The notes: generated by a model from the sequence alone, not told the origin. A stretch of DNA of 64,000 nt from an uncultured Solirubrobacteraceae bacterium (GCA_963742805.1 CAVUNG010000001.1:632841-696840), one strand, 5' to 3'; counted from the stretch's first letter, positions 18,885 through 28,488 are shown. Made by a program: numbers and translations.

Positions 18885-19657
18885 CCGCGCCCGGCGCTGC
18901 GGCTGCGGCGCGGTTTCTCGCCCGCTTTGCGGGCGGCGCCTGCTTTTGGCGTCGAGCGGGCTTTGGCTCCTGCTCCTTTCGCCGCTGCTGCGCGTTTTGC
19001 TCCGGCAGCCGTCGCGCGCGCTTTTGCCGCCGGGCGTTTCGCGCCCGTCCGTTTCGCCGTGCTCGCGTGTTTCGCGCCCGTTCTTCTCGCCCCGCGCCGC
19101 TCGGCCGCCGGCACCTCCTCTTGGACGACGCCCTTGGCGAGCGTGGGGATCAGCCGCGCGAGGAAGGCGGCCATGCGCTCCTCCTCCCGGCGGATCGCTC
19201 GCGCGAGCTCCGCGGTGGCCTTGTCGCCGACCGACGTGGCGAGCGTCTCGATCGCCTGGTAGGTCGCGATCTCCTCGTGCTCGTCGGAGTACTCGCTCTT
19301 GGCGTTCTTCAGCATCTTCTCCTGCTCGCCGGTGCCGCGGATCGCGTGCAGCGGGCCCTTGGCGGCGGCGACGGCGCGCGTTCCCAGCTCGACTGCTGCG
19401 CCCGCCCCTCTCGAGATCACGTCGGGTCCCGGGATATCCAGCGTGACAACCTCGCCCCCCAGCTGTTTGACCCGGCGCTGGACCTCGCGCGCGTGGCGCT
19501 TGGTCTCGGTCAGGTGCTCGCGCAGGCGCTTGCGGTACGGCGCGCGCGTGGTCATCGCGATGTGCGCCTCGAGCGCGGTCTCGAGCTCCTTCTCCTTGCC
19601 GTATGCCTCATTGAGGTACTGAACGAGCTTCGCGTCGCGGGTGGCCAGGTCGGCCAT
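18881..19657 (-). CDS. Ferritin-like (DUF892/YciF-like) protein with Lys/Arg/Ala-rich tail
   Basis: YLNEAYGKE, EHLTETKRH, EHEEIATY, REEERM; ~70-aa basic low-complexity C-terminus. Confidence 0.82.
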   Translation of the reverse strand: MADLATRDAKLVQYLNEAYGKEKELETALEAHIAMTTRAPYRKRLREHLTETKRHAREVQRRVKQLGGEVVTLDIPGPDVISRGAGAAVELGTRAVAAAKGPLHAIRGTGEQEKMLKNAKSEYSDEHEEIATYQAIETLATSVGDKATAELARAIRREEERMAAFLARLIPTLAKGVVQEEVPAAERRGARRTGAKHASTAKRTGAKRPAAKARATAAGAKRAAAAKGAGAKARSTPKAGAARKAGEKPRRSRSAGRG

Positions 19658-19749
19658 CGGGTCCTCCAGTCGGTCGGTTCTCCCCGTCACGCCCGCGCGT
19701 GGCATCGCTTCGTCTTGCGCGCCGCGGCGTCGTGGGGGCAATCCCGCCG

Positions 19750-19774
19750 TTACCCGCGCGCCCCGCTGCGAAAC
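19750..19774 (-). promoter_or_regulatory. SigF/SigB-type promoter GTTT-N15-GGGTAA
   Basis: Consensus match upstream of the ferritin-like gene. Confidence 0.75.
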
Positions 19775-19817
19775 CACCGGCTGCGGGTAATGTGGTTCCC
19801 GTGACGAGGTCCCGCGC

Positions 19818-20813
19818 ATGAAGCGGCGCCGGCTCGGGAACGAAGGGCCTGAGGTGTCGGCGCTCGGACTCGGCTGCATGGGCATGTCGGGCATGTACGG
19901 ACCCGCCGACCGCGCCGAGAGCATCGCGACGATCCACGCTGCGCTGGACGCGGGGATCGACCTGCTCGACACCGGCGACTTCTACGGCATGGGGCACAAC
20001 GAGCTGCTGATCGCCGAGGCGCTGCGCGGGATTCCGCGCGAGCGCTGTCTGCTGAGCGTGAAGTTCGGCGCTCAACGCGGGCCCGACGGCGCGTGGCTCG
20101 GCTACGACGCGCGCCCGGCGGCACTGCGCACCGCCCTCGCCTACTCGCTGACACGTCTCGGCACCGATCACGTGAACATCTACCGTCCGGCGCGCCTCGA
20201 CGGCAACGTCCCGATCGAGGAGACGATCGGCGCGATCGCCGAGCTCGTGAGCGAGGGCTACGTTCGCTATATCGGTCTCTCGGAGGTCGGAGCCGAGACG
20301 ATCCGCCGTGCCGCAGCGGTGCACCCGATCTGCGACGTGCAGCTCGAGTACTCGCTGATCTCGCGCGGGATCGAGGAGACGATCCTGCCGGCGTGCCGCG
20401 AGCTGGGCATCGCGGTCACGGCCTATGGGGTGCTGAGCCGCGGACTGATCAGCGGCCACTTCTCCCGGGAGCGTGAGCTCGCGCCGACGGACTTCCGCTC
20501 GCGGGCGCCGCGCTTCGCGTCGGGCAACCGGGAGCGCAACCTGGAACTGGTCGAGGCGCTGCGCGTCCTCGCGGAGCGCCACGGCGCGACTGTCGCGCAG
20601 CTGGCGATCGCGTGGGTGCTCGGGCGCGGCGAGGACATCGTCCCCCTCGTCGGTGCGCGGACGCGCGAGCGGCTCGCCGAGGCGCTCGGAGCGCTCGAGC
20701 TCGACCTGGGCGAAGAGGCGATGACGGAGCTGGCCCGGGCGGCGCCTGCCGAGGCCGCGGCGGGGGACCGCTACCCGGCACCGCAGATGGCGATGCTCGA
20801 CAGCGAGCACTAG
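19818..20813 (+). CDS. Aldo/keto reductase
   Basis: LGLGCMGMS, DTGDFYG, IGLSE, QLEYSL. Confidence 0.93.
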   Translation: MKRRRLGNEGPEVSALGLGCMGMSGMYGPADRAESIATIHAALDAGIDLLDTGDFYGMGHNELLIAEALRGIPRERCLLSVKFGAQRGPDGAWLGYDARPAALRTALAYSLTRLGTDHVNIYRPARLDGNVPIEETIGAIAELVSEGYVRYIGLSEVGAETIRRAAAVHPICDVQLEYSLISRGIEETILPACRELGIAVTAYGVLSRGLISGHFSRERELAPTDFRSRAPRFASGNRERNLELVEALRVLAERHGATVAQLAIAWVLGRGEDIVPLVGARTRERLAEALGALELDLGEEAMTELARAAPAEAAAGDRYPAPQMAMLDSEH

Positions 20814-20820
20814 CGCGCCC

Positions 20821-21438
20821 TCAGGCGCCGACGTGTTCGTCGTGAAGCGTCTGCTGCCCGCAGAGCACAACGGCAACGAGCTGCGCCCGCGTGTGCACGT
20901 TCAGCTTGCCCATCGCGTTGCGCACGTGGGTGCGAACCGTCTCCGGCGAGATGTGCAGTTCGCCCGCGATGTCGCCCGTGTCGAGGCCCATGGCGATCAG
21001 CGTCACGACCTCGCGCTCGCGCTCGGTGAGCCCCAGGTTGGCGGCGCCCCGCGCGATCGCCGTCTCTTCCGGCTCGGTGGCGGCCATGGCGACGAAGATC
21101 GCCATCCTGCGCCCGCCGATGTCCGCCATCCGCGCGGCGAAGTCGACGTGGACCGTACTGCCGTCGGTCTTGAACAGGTCGCGCGTTCCCGACAATTCGC
21201 CGGTGCGCAGGAAGTCGCGCCACTCTGCGTCTGCGCGCTCACGCTGCTCGTCGTCGAGTCTCTCGCGCAGCGTCGTGCCGATCAGCTGCTCACGGGAGCC
21301 CCCGAGCAGCGCCGCCGCGGCCTGGTTCAGGTCGACGATGCGGCGCGATTCGTCGAGCAGCGCGACCGGGTTGGAGGTGCGCTCGAACACCAGCCAGAAG
21401 AGCCGCTCCCATCCCGTTCCCCCGCGGGGGTCGCCCAT
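20821..21438 (-). CDS. PAS + LuxR-type HTH transcriptional regulator
   Basis: PAS-like N-terminus; LTEREREV...ISPETVRTHVRNAMGKL. Confidence 0.9.
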   Translation of the reverse strand: MGDPRGGTGWERLFWLVFERTSNPVALLDESRRIVDLNQAAAALLGGSREQLIGTTLRERLDDEQRERADAEWRDFLRTGELSGTRDLFKTDGSTVHVDFAARMADIGGRRMAIFVAMAATEPEETAIARGAANLGLTEREREVVTLIAMGLDTGDIAGELHISPETVRTHVRNAMGKLNVHTRAQLVAVVLCGQQTLHDEHVGA

Positions 21439-21447
21439 CGGATGAGC

Positions 21448-21472
21448 ATACCCCGATCGTGGTAGCTCGAAC
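21448..21472 (-). promoter_or_regulatory. SigF/SigB-type promoter GTTC-N15-GGGTAT
   Basis: -10 box 9 nt before the PAS-LuxR ATG (leaderless geometry). Confidence 0.65.
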
Positions 21473-21923
21473 GAGTGCCGGCCTGCTCCCCTATCGCGTT
21501 CGTGACGGGCGCGTCGAGGTGCTGATCGCCCACATGGGCGGTCCGCTCTGGGCACGGCGCGAAGAGGGCGCGTGGTCTGTGATCAAGGGCGAGCACGAGG
21601 AGCAGGAGGAGCCGCTCGCCGCGGCGCGGCGCGAGTTCCAGGAGGAGACGGGAACGCCGGCGCCGGACGGCCCCGCGCTCGAGCTCGGCGAGGTGCGCCA
21701 ATCCGGCGGCAAGCGCGTGACCGCGTGGGCCGTCGAGGCCGACCTCGACCCGGCCGGCCTGCACAGCAACACCTTCGAGCTCGAGTGGCCGCCGCGCTCG
21801 GGCCGCGTGCAGCAGTTCCCCGAGGTGGACCGCTTCGAGTGGTGCGAGCCGGCGCTCGCACGCGCGCGCCTCGTCACAGCGCAGGCCGAGCTGATCGACC
21901 GGCTCGAAGAGCTGCTCGGCTAG
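21459..21923 (+). CDS. NUDIX hydrolase
   Basis: HMGGP, KGE...AARREFQEETG, SNTFELEWPPRSG. Confidence 0.9.
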   Translation: MVARTSAGLLPYRVRDGRVEVLIAHMGGPLWARREEGAWSVIKGEHEEQEEPLAAARREFQEETGTPAPDGPALELGEVRQSGGKRVTAWAVEADLDPAGLHSNTFELEWPPRSGRVQQFPEVDRFEWCEPALARARLVTAQAELIDRLEELLG

Positions 21924-22312
21924 AAACGCTCGTCGATCTCTGCGCGGTCCGCGTAGAACGCGACGTGCCCGCGGATCTGCGCGACCGCGTCGTAAGGGTC
22001 CCGGTACTCCCAGATCAGGTTCACCCCACGCTCGCCGACGGACGGGACGCTGTAGTAGTTCGCGTCGCCCTTGAACGGGCAGTAGCTCTCGTGGTCGCTC
22101 GGGGTGAGAAGGTCGCGGTTGACGTCGCTGAGCGGTATGTACTGGACCGGCGCGTAGCCGGCCTCGCTGAGCGTCAGCGCTTCGCGCGTGTCGGCGAGCT
22201 GCCGGCCGTCGATGGAGACCACGACGCGGCCGGGGTTCGGCTGGATCGTGATCGGGTGCTCAGGGCCGGGGATCTTGACGGGACGCTGGCCCGCCGCAGT
22301 GCTCTCGCTCAT
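21920..22312 (-). CDS. DUF427 family protein
   Basis: YCPFKGDANYY, WEY..PY, GHVAFY. Confidence 0.9.
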   Translation of the reverse strand: MSESTAAGQRPVKIPGPEHPITIQPNPGRVVVSIDGRQLADTREALTLSEAGYAPVQYIPLSDVNRDLLTPSDHESYCPFKGDANYYSVPSVGERGVNLIWEYRDPYDAVAQIRGHVAFYADRAEIDERF

Positions 22313-22388
22313 CGCCGTGTCCTTTTCCGAGGGGATCGCTCCAGCTTCGCACGCCCGCGCCGCGGGGCGAACCCCCTACGCTGGAGCA

Positions 22389-22856
22389 ATGTCGAGCGAG
22401 GTGCCGGGCCCCCGCCGCGGGGTGCAGGGGGAAGTGGTGGGGCTGCGCCGCCCCGGACCGCCGCTGCTCGCCCGCCTGGCGATCTCGTGGCTGACGAACG
22501 CGCTCGTGCTCGCCTTCGTCTGCGTGCTGCCGAACGTGCACGTCCACAGTGCCGGCGCGCTGATCGCCGCCGCCGCGGTGTTCGGCGTGCTCAACACGAT
22601 CCTGAAGCCGCTGCTGCTGTTCATCACGTTCCCGCTGGCGATCCTCACCCTGGGCATCGCCTGGTTCTTCGTCGCGATGCTGATGCTCGACCTGACCGAC
22701 GCGATCGTGAGCGGGTTCTCGATCGACGGCTTCTGGACGCTGGTCCTGGCGACCGTGATCGTCTGGCTCGTGAACATGGCGCTGGACGCGACGCCCGGGC
22801 CGTGGCAGCTGAGCGGGCGCCGCGGGCGTATCAACCGCGCGTTACGACGGCCGTAA
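22389..22856 (+). CDS. 4-TM membrane protein, YvlD/holin-4-like family
   Basis: GVLNTILKPLL..ITFPLAILTLG, GFSIDGFW. Confidence 0.85.
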   Translation: MSSEVPGPRRGVQGEVVGLRRPGPPLLARLAISWLTNALVLAFVCVLPNVHVHSAGALIAAAAVFGVLNTILKPLLLFITFPLAILTLGIAWFFVAMLMLDLTDAIVSGFSIDGFWTLVLATVIVWLVNMALDATPGPWQLSGRRGRINRALRRP

Positions 22857-22972
22857 GAGCAAGCGCGCGGCGGTGGGTGGGACTGCGCGAGGAGCGCATG
22901 CGGTGATCGTCCCGTGCGCGCCGCGCCGCGCCCGCTTCGTCACGGGTGCGGGGCGCACGCTCGCCGGGCGGC

Positions 22973-23590
22973 TCAGCCGAGATTCAGCTCGATCTTCGGG
23001 TCGAGCTGCCGGGCGGAGAGCAGCGCTCCGACGAACGCCGAGAGCAGCAGATCGCGCAGCTGCTCGCGCGACAGGTCACGGGCGGAGATCCAATCCAGGA
23101 TCGCGGCGTCCATGAAGCCGAGCCAGCCTTTGACGGCGGTGCGCAGCGCCGGACGCGGCTTGCGTGCGCCGGTCAACTCCCGCAGCGCCAGCTCGAGCGT
23201 GCGCTCACGGAAGCCTTCGACGAGCTCGCGCGCGGCGGGCAGCGAAGCCGCGCTCTGCATCAGGCTCGCCCACGCCTCTCCGTTGGCCTCGACCCAGCCG
23301 AGGTAGCCGTCGAGGCTCGCCGTCAGCTGCTCGACCGGGGTTCCCTCTCCGCTCGGCTCGATCAGCGCCTGCAGTTCTGAGGCGGCCTCGGTCACGGCGG
23401 CGATGAACAGCTCGTCCTTGGAGGCGAAGTAGTGGTACAGCAGCGGCTTGGAAACCCCGGCGGCCTCCGCGATCTGGCGCATCGAGATCTCCTCGAAGGA
23501 GTTGGCCGCGAACAGGGCGGCGCCGGCGTCGAGGAGCTGGCGGCGGCGCTCATCGACCCCCAGACGCGTGTAGGAAGGCCCGGCGGACAT
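22973..23590 (-). CDS. TetR/AcrR family regulator
   Basis: ISMRQIAEAAGVSKPLLYHYFASKDEL. Confidence 0.95.
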   Translation of the reverse strand: MSAGPSYTRLGVDERRRQLLDAGAALFAANSFEEISMRQIAEAAGVSKPLLYHYFASKDELFIAAVTEAASELQALIEPSGEGTPVEQLTASLDGYLGWVEANGEAWASLMQSAASLPAARELVEGFRERTLELALRELTGARKPRPALRTAVKGWLGFMDAAILDWISARDLSREQLRDLLLSAFVGALLSARQLDPKIELNLG

Positions 23591-23607
23591 CGTCCCCCAG
23601 CACTCTA

Positions 23608-23646
23608 GTCAATCGCCGGTCAACAGCTTGTTGAACGGCGATCGAC
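23608..23646. promoter_or_regulatory. Inverted repeat (18-bp arms, 16/18 match, 3-nt spacer); candidate TetR operator
   Basis: GTCAATCGCCGGTCAACA-GCT-TGTTGAACGGCGATCGAC between tetR and a divergent ORF. Confidence 0.65.
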
Positions 23647-23705
23647 AAGCGCGGCCCGGACCCTCTAGCCTCCTGTTTATCGTCGGTCAACTTAGGAGGA
23701 AGGCG

Positions 23706-23921
23706 ATGACCGCCCCGACTTCGCAGGACACCCAGGACGCACGCATCCTCGCGCTGGAAGAACGATTCGCAGCGGCGACCGAGAAGTTCGGCGGGGAGCT
23801 GGGCGAGCTCGAGACACGGATGCGGCTTGTCGAGCGCGGCGCCCCCGTGCTGAGCGCCGGCGGCACCCCTCTCATGACGGCGCCCATCCCCCCGTGCCGG
23901 CGGCACCCCAGCCAACGTTGA
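23706..23921 (+). CDS. Small hypothetical protein (coiled-coil-like)
   Basis: AGGAGG RBS upstream of ATG; 71 aa; divergent from tetR. Confidence 0.5.
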   Translation: MTAPTSQDTQDARILALEERFAAATEKFGGELGELETRMRLVERGAPVLSAGGTPLMTAPIPPCRRHPSQR

Positions 23922-23969
23922 GCGCGCGCGTGCCCGGGCTCCTGGACGTGCGCGGGCGCGACCGTCATC

Positions 23970-24998
23970 GTGTGGCTCGTGAAGATCGCGCCCGACGCCA
24001 CGCGCGGGGCCCGGCGGGCCACAGGGAGAGCGCGCCCTGCGGTGATCGCAGCGCTCCTCGCGGCGGCCGCGGCTTCGACCCCGGCGCTCGTCCACGCCGC
24101 CGGCGGCGGTGCGGGCGCTCCGGGGGAGGCGCCCTCGGCGGGGTTCGCGGTCGGCGTGCGGGTGCTCCAGTACGTGGACCGCACCCGCCTCGAGCATCCC
24201 CTTCGCGGGCGGACGCTGCCGAGGACGCTGACGGTGGTCCTGCGCTACCCCGCCGCCGGGCCGGCGGGCGAAGCAGACGCGAATGGGGCCCCGCCTTGGC
24301 GCGGCGCCGGAGCCTTCCCGCTGATCGTGTTCGCGCACGGGTTCGACGTCACGCCGGTGACGTACGCGCGGCTGCTCCGTGCCTGGACGCGGGCGGGCTA
24401 CGTGGTGGCGGCACCCGTCTTCCCGCTCGAGAACGCCAACGCGCCCGGTGGCCCCGACGAGGCCGACCTCGTCAACGAGCCGGGTGACATCAGCTTCGTG
24501 ATCTCCCGCCTGCTGGCGCCCGCGGCGGCTCCGACCGGTCCGCTGGCGGGGCTGATCAACCCGGCGCGCATCGCGGTGGCCGGCCAGTCGGACGGCGGCA
24601 TCGCCGCGCTCGCGGCCGCGTACGCACGGCGTACGCGCGATGCCCGGATCAAGGCCGCCGTCGTGCTCTCCGGCGCGGAGGCGTCGGGGTTCGGCGGCTA
24701 TGCGTTCGGCGCCGGGGAGCCGCCGCTGCTCTCGGTCCAGGGCACGGCCGATACGACCAACCTGCCGCGGAACACCTACGCCTACTTCGACGCTGCGGAA
24801 CGCCCGAAGTACCTACTGCGCCTGCTCGGCGCAGGGCATCTGCCTCCCTACACGACACAGGCTCCCCAGCTCGCGCTCGTCGAGCGCACGACGACCGCTT
24901 TCCTCGACGCCTACATCGGCGCGGGGCCGGTCACGCCCGCGCCGATGGAGGCGGCGGCCGCGAACCCCCGCCTGGCAAGCCTCACGGCCCGGCCCTGA
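23970..24998 (+). CDS. Secreted alpha/beta hydrolase (chlorophyllase/PAF-AH-like)
   Basis: Signal-like N-terminus; FPLIVFAHG, AGQSDGG, QGTAD, GAGH; start uncertain. Confidence 0.82.
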   Translation: MWLVKIAPDATRGARRATGRARPAVIAALLAAAAASTPALVHAAGGGAGAPGEAPSAGFAVGVRVLQYVDRTRLEHPLRGRTLPRTLTVVLRYPAAGPAGEADANGAPPWRGAGAFPLIVFAHGFDVTPVTYARLLRAWTRAGYVVAAPVFPLENANAPGGPDEADLVNEPGDISFVISRLLAPAAAPTGPLAGLINPARIAVAGQSDGGIAALAAAYARRTRDARIKAAVVLSGAEASGFGGYAFGAGEPPLLSVQGTADTTNLPRNTYAYFDAAERPKYLLRLLGAGHLPPYTTQAPQLALVERTTTAFLDAYIGAGPVTPAPMEAAAANPRLASLTARP

Positions 24999-25108
24999 GG
25001 TGGGTTCCAGCAGCCGGCGCGCGGGGGCACCGGTACGCTCCCGCGCCGTCCGTCCTTCTCCCCCACCGACCCGCTGACACCGCAGCCCTTCGCGTCAGGG
25101 CGCGGACG

Positions 25109-26737
25109 CTACGCCGCGGCTATCCCGACCGCGCCGGGCGCGGCCGCAGCTTCCTCGGCCAGCTCGTCGAAGCGCCGCGCGGGCAGGCGCCGCGTCGCCG
25201 GGAACGAGACGACCACGAGGCCCGCGGCGACGAGCAGGGCGAGCTTCAGCGCTTCGAGCTGGGCGTCTTCGTAGTGGCTCACCAGCTTGTCCGTGCTCGC
25301 CTGGTCGATGCCCGCCGCTTCGGCGCTCTTGCGAACCTCCGCCGCCGAGACGAAGCTCGTACCGGCCGCCAGCCGTTGCTCGACCTGCTGGTTGACCCCT
25401 TCGGAGATCTTCGGGTCCGTGGCGACTTTCGCAGAGAAGGCGGCGATCAGACCGGTGATGACGACGGCTCCGAGGAAGGCCGTGCCCAGCGAGGAGCCGA
25501 GCTGCTGGGCGGTGAACTGCAGGCCGCCGGCCTCGCTGCGGTCGCTGTCGCCGACGGCCGACTGCACCACGTTGCCGAGCTGGGAGACGACGAGCCCCAT
25601 GCCGATTCCGAGCACGCCCATGGCGACCAGGAACGAGGCGTTGTCGAGTTCCGATTCGATCGTCCCGAGCAGCAGCAGGATCGAGACGAAGACGATCGCG
25701 AGGCCGACCCGCACCAGCGGCTTCGGCGGGATGCGCTTGGCCAGCGCCGAGCCCGCGATCGCACTGGCGAACAGGCCGACCGAGGCCGGCAGCATCCGCA
25801 CGCCCGTTTCGAGCGCGTCGAGGCCCTGCACGATCTGCAGGAACAGCGGCACCGTGAAGAAGACACCCATCAGGATCATGTTCTGGGCGAGCATGGTCCA
25901 GAGGCCGGAGCGCATCGTGGGGAGGCGGAGCAGGCGCAGGTGCAGCAGCGGATCGCCGCCCCTTTCCTCGTGCCGGCGCTCCCAGCTGGCGAACGCCCAG
26001 AGCAGCAGCCCGCCGGCGCCGACGACGAACGGGGTCAGCGAGAAGCCGAACGGTTCGACCGGCGAGTTGTGCGGGTGCAGCCAGCCCCAGTTGCTCGCCT
26101 GCAGCACGCCCGTCACGAGCAGCCCGAGCCCGAGGGCCGACAGCACGCTGCCGACCCAGTCGAGCCGCCCCTTCGCGTCGGTCCGCGGCGGTTCGGCGAT
26201 CATGCGCGAGCCCGCGAGGATGCCGGCGGCGACCACGACCTCCCCGGCGAAGACGACCCGCCAGCTCAGCTCTGTCGTCGCCCAACCGCCGAGGATCGGC
26301 CCGACGGCGATGCCGGCGCCCGCCACCCCCCCGAGCACGCCGTAGGCGACCGCGCGCTGCTGGCCCTCATAGCTGGAGGCGACGAGGGCGACCATCGCGG
26401 GCATCACGAGCGCCGCGCCGATCCCCTCCAGCACCGACCAGCCGATCGTCAGCGACGCGACGCTCCAGGACGCCGCAGTCAAGGCAGAGCCAGACGCGTA
26501 GATGCAGCAGCCGATCCGGAACGCCCGCCTGCGCCCGAGCAGGTCGCCGAGCTTGCCGCCGGTCAGCATCAGCGCGGCCATGACCAGCGCGTACAGCGCG
26601 ATCACCGCCTGGATGGTCGTGACCGTGGTGTGGAAGTCCGCCACGAGCTGTGAGATCGCGACGTTCATCACCGCCTGGTCGAGGACCATCAGGAACTGGG
26701 CCGCCGCCAGGACGATCAGGACCCCCCGTTTGGTCAT
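25109..26737 (-). CDS. MFS efflux transporter, DHA2 family
   Basis: QFLMVLD..VMNVAI, GKLGDLLGRRR, GPILGG, many TMs. Confidence 0.92.
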   Translation of the reverse strand: MTKRGVLIVLAAAQFLMVLDQAVMNVAISQLVADFHTTVTTIQAVIALYALVMAALMLTGGKLGDLLGRRRAFRIGCCIYASGSALTAASWSVASLTIGWSVLEGIGAALVMPAMVALVASSYEGQQRAVAYGVLGGVAGAGIAVGPILGGWATTELSWRVVFAGEVVVAAGILAGSRMIAEPPRTDAKGRLDWVGSVLSALGLGLLVTGVLQASNWGWLHPHNSPVEPFGFSLTPFVVGAGGLLLWAFASWERRHEERGGDPLLHLRLLRLPTMRSGLWTMLAQNMILMGVFFTVPLFLQIVQGLDALETGVRMLPASVGLFASAIAGSALAKRIPPKPLVRVGLAIVFVSILLLLGTIESELDNASFLVAMGVLGIGMGLVVSQLGNVVQSAVGDSDRSEAGGLQFTAQQLGSSLGTAFLGAVVITGLIAAFSAKVATDPKISEGVNQQVEQRLAAGTSFVSAAEVRKSAEAAGIDQASTDKLVSHYEDAQLEALKLALLVAAGLVVVSFPATRRLPARRFDELAEEAAAAPGAVGIAAA

Positions 26738-26787
26738 CGCCCGAGCCTATGGCCCCGCGCGGCGGCGGGGCGCCGCCACCGGCGAGA

Positions 26788-27855
26788 ATGCGCGCGATGG
26801 AGGGCCACTGCGATCCCCGCTTCGCGGCCGTGCAGGACGCGTTCCGCGAGAACCTCGGCGAGGAGATCGGCGCGGCGGTGCTCGTGAGCGCCGGCGGCCG
26901 GACCGTCGTCGACCTGGCCGGCGGCTGGGCCGACGCCGCCCGCACGCGGCCGTGGCGGCCGGACACGGTCGTCGACGTGTTCAGCACCGGCAAGGCGTTC
27001 GTCGCGCTGACGGTGCTCTCCCTGGGGGGCGACCTCGATGCGCCCGCCTGGCAGGACGCGACGCTCAGGCAGGTGCTCGCGCACCAGGCGGGCCACCCGG
27101 CCATCCGCGAGGAGCTGCCGCCCGAGGCGACCTACGACTGGGAGCGGCTGGTGGGCGCGCTCGAGTCCCAGGAGCCGTGGTGGGAGCCGGGCAGCGCCCA
27201 CGGCTACCACGTCAACACGTTCGGCTTCCTCTGCGGCGAGATCGTGCGGCGGGCGACCGGGCAGACGCTCGGCGCGCGCTTTGCCGCGCTCGCGGGCGCC
27301 GAGTGCGGCGCCGCGTTCGGCGCGCCGCCGGGAGCCGAGATCGCAGAGTTCGTCTGGGACATTGGGAGGGGCAGCGGCGGCGCCGACGGCGCGGAGCTCG
27401 ATGAGGACCAGCGGCTGCTGCTCGCGCGCGCCTACTTCAACCCCCCGGGCATCAACGGGCTCGGGACCGTCAACACACCGGCGTGGCGGGCAGCCGAAAT
27501 CCCGAGCGCGAACGCGCACGCGAGCGCGCGCGGGGTCGCCGGCGTATTCGCCCGCATCCCGGAGCTGCTCGGCGACGAGCTGCTCGCCGAGGCCACACGC
27601 CCGTGGTCTGAAGGCGAGGACTTCGTGCTCGGGCGCCATACGCGGTTCGGGCTCGGCTTCCAGCTGTCCCAGCCCGACCGCCCGCTGGGGACCGGGCCGC
27701 GCGCGTACGGACACTTCGGGGCGGGCGGCTCGCTCGGCTTCCACGACCCCGACGCCGAGGTCGTGTTCGCCTACGTCTGCAACCGCTGCGAAGGGCGGCG
27801 CTGGCAGACGGCGCGGAACCGGCGTCTGCTGGACGCGCTGCGCGCCTGCCTGTGA
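26788..27855 (+). CDS. Serine hydrolase, beta-lactamase-fold esterase
   Basis: FSTGK (SxxK), LAHQAG, PWWEPGSAHGYH, GHFGAGGS. Confidence 0.9.
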   Translation: MRAMEGHCDPRFAAVQDAFRENLGEEIGAAVLVSAGGRTVVDLAGGWADAARTRPWRPDTVVDVFSTGKAFVALTVLSLGGDLDAPAWQDATLRQVLAHQAGHPAIREELPPEATYDWERLVGALESQEPWWEPGSAHGYHVNTFGFLCGEIVRRATGQTLGARFAALAGAECGAAFGAPPGAEIAEFVWDIGRGSGGADGAELDEDQRLLLARAYFNPPGINGLGTVNTPAWRAAEIPSANAHASARGVAGVFARIPELLGDELLAEATRPWSEGEDFVLGRHTRFGLGFQLSQPDRPLGTGPRAYGHFGAGGSLGFHDPDAEVVFAYVCNRCEGRRWQTARNRRLLDALRACL

Positions 27856-27971
27856 GCGCTCAGGGCAGCGCTGCGAAAACCGGCGCCTCCGAGGCCGCGC
27901 CGCGGCCAGGACCGGCTCGGGCCCCCGCAGGGCGCGGGCCCTGACGCCGCTCGCACGTAAGCTGCCTCGGC

Positions 27972-28484
27972 GTGATCGTCTCCGCCGTCGATTGGAGCGA
28001 GGTCACCGCGATTGCGACCGCGGTGCTGGCGCTCGGCCTCGTCGGCGCGCTCGGCGCCGCCGTGTTCGGCGCGCAGCAGGTGCGCGAGGCGCGCATCAGC
28101 CGCGAGGCGTTGATGGCGGCCGAGTTCTTCCGGCGCTGGAACGACGACTCGCTGGTGGAGGCGCGGCGGATGTTCGCTAGCTACTCCACGCCGGAGGGGC
28201 TCCGAGACGCGTTCGTCGCCTACGTCGCCGTCGACGCCCCCGAGGCGTACGTCTTCTACCGCGAACTCGACTTCTTCGAGCAGCTGGCCGCGCTCGAGAG
28301 CCGAGGCGCGTTCGACCTCGAGCTGATCAGGCTGCTGCTGGGGCCGACGCTGGTCGAGCGCTGGGAGATGTGGCAGCCGGCGCTGCGCGAGGCGCACGGT
28401 CCCGGGGTCTATCCGATGTTCGAGGGGCTGGCGCGCAAGCTGCGGGGCACGCGGTCCACCGCGCGCCGCCAGGCGGCGGCCTGA
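27972..28484 (+). CDS. Hypothetical membrane-anchored protein (DUF4760-like)
   Basis: N-terminal TM; LDFFEQLA and Y..FE.L motifs. Confidence 0.6.
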   Translation: MIVSAVDWSEVTAIATAVLALGLVGALGAAVFGAQQVREARISREALMAAEFFRRWNDDSLVEARRMFASYSTPEGLRDAFVAYVAVDAPEAYVFYRELDFFEQLAALESRGAFDLELIRLLLGPTLVERWEMWQPALREAHGPGVYPMFEGLARKLRGTRSTARRQAAA

Positions 28485-28488
28485 GCGC

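Noticed and set aside
22389-22856. Holin-family gene as evidence of a prophage
   Set aside because: This 4-TM family is a common chromosomal gene, and no phage genes are nearby.
683-27744. Long antisense or alternate-frame ORFs (e.g. 13700-15634, 11281-13032, 25274-26653)
   Set aside because: Shadow ORFs expected at very high GC; they are Arg/Ala/Pro-rich and overlap well-supported genes.
26788-27855. Beta-lactamase resistance gene
   Set aside because: SxxK with LxHxxG and PWWEPG..HGYH motifs fits family VIII esterases; resistance cannot be inferred.
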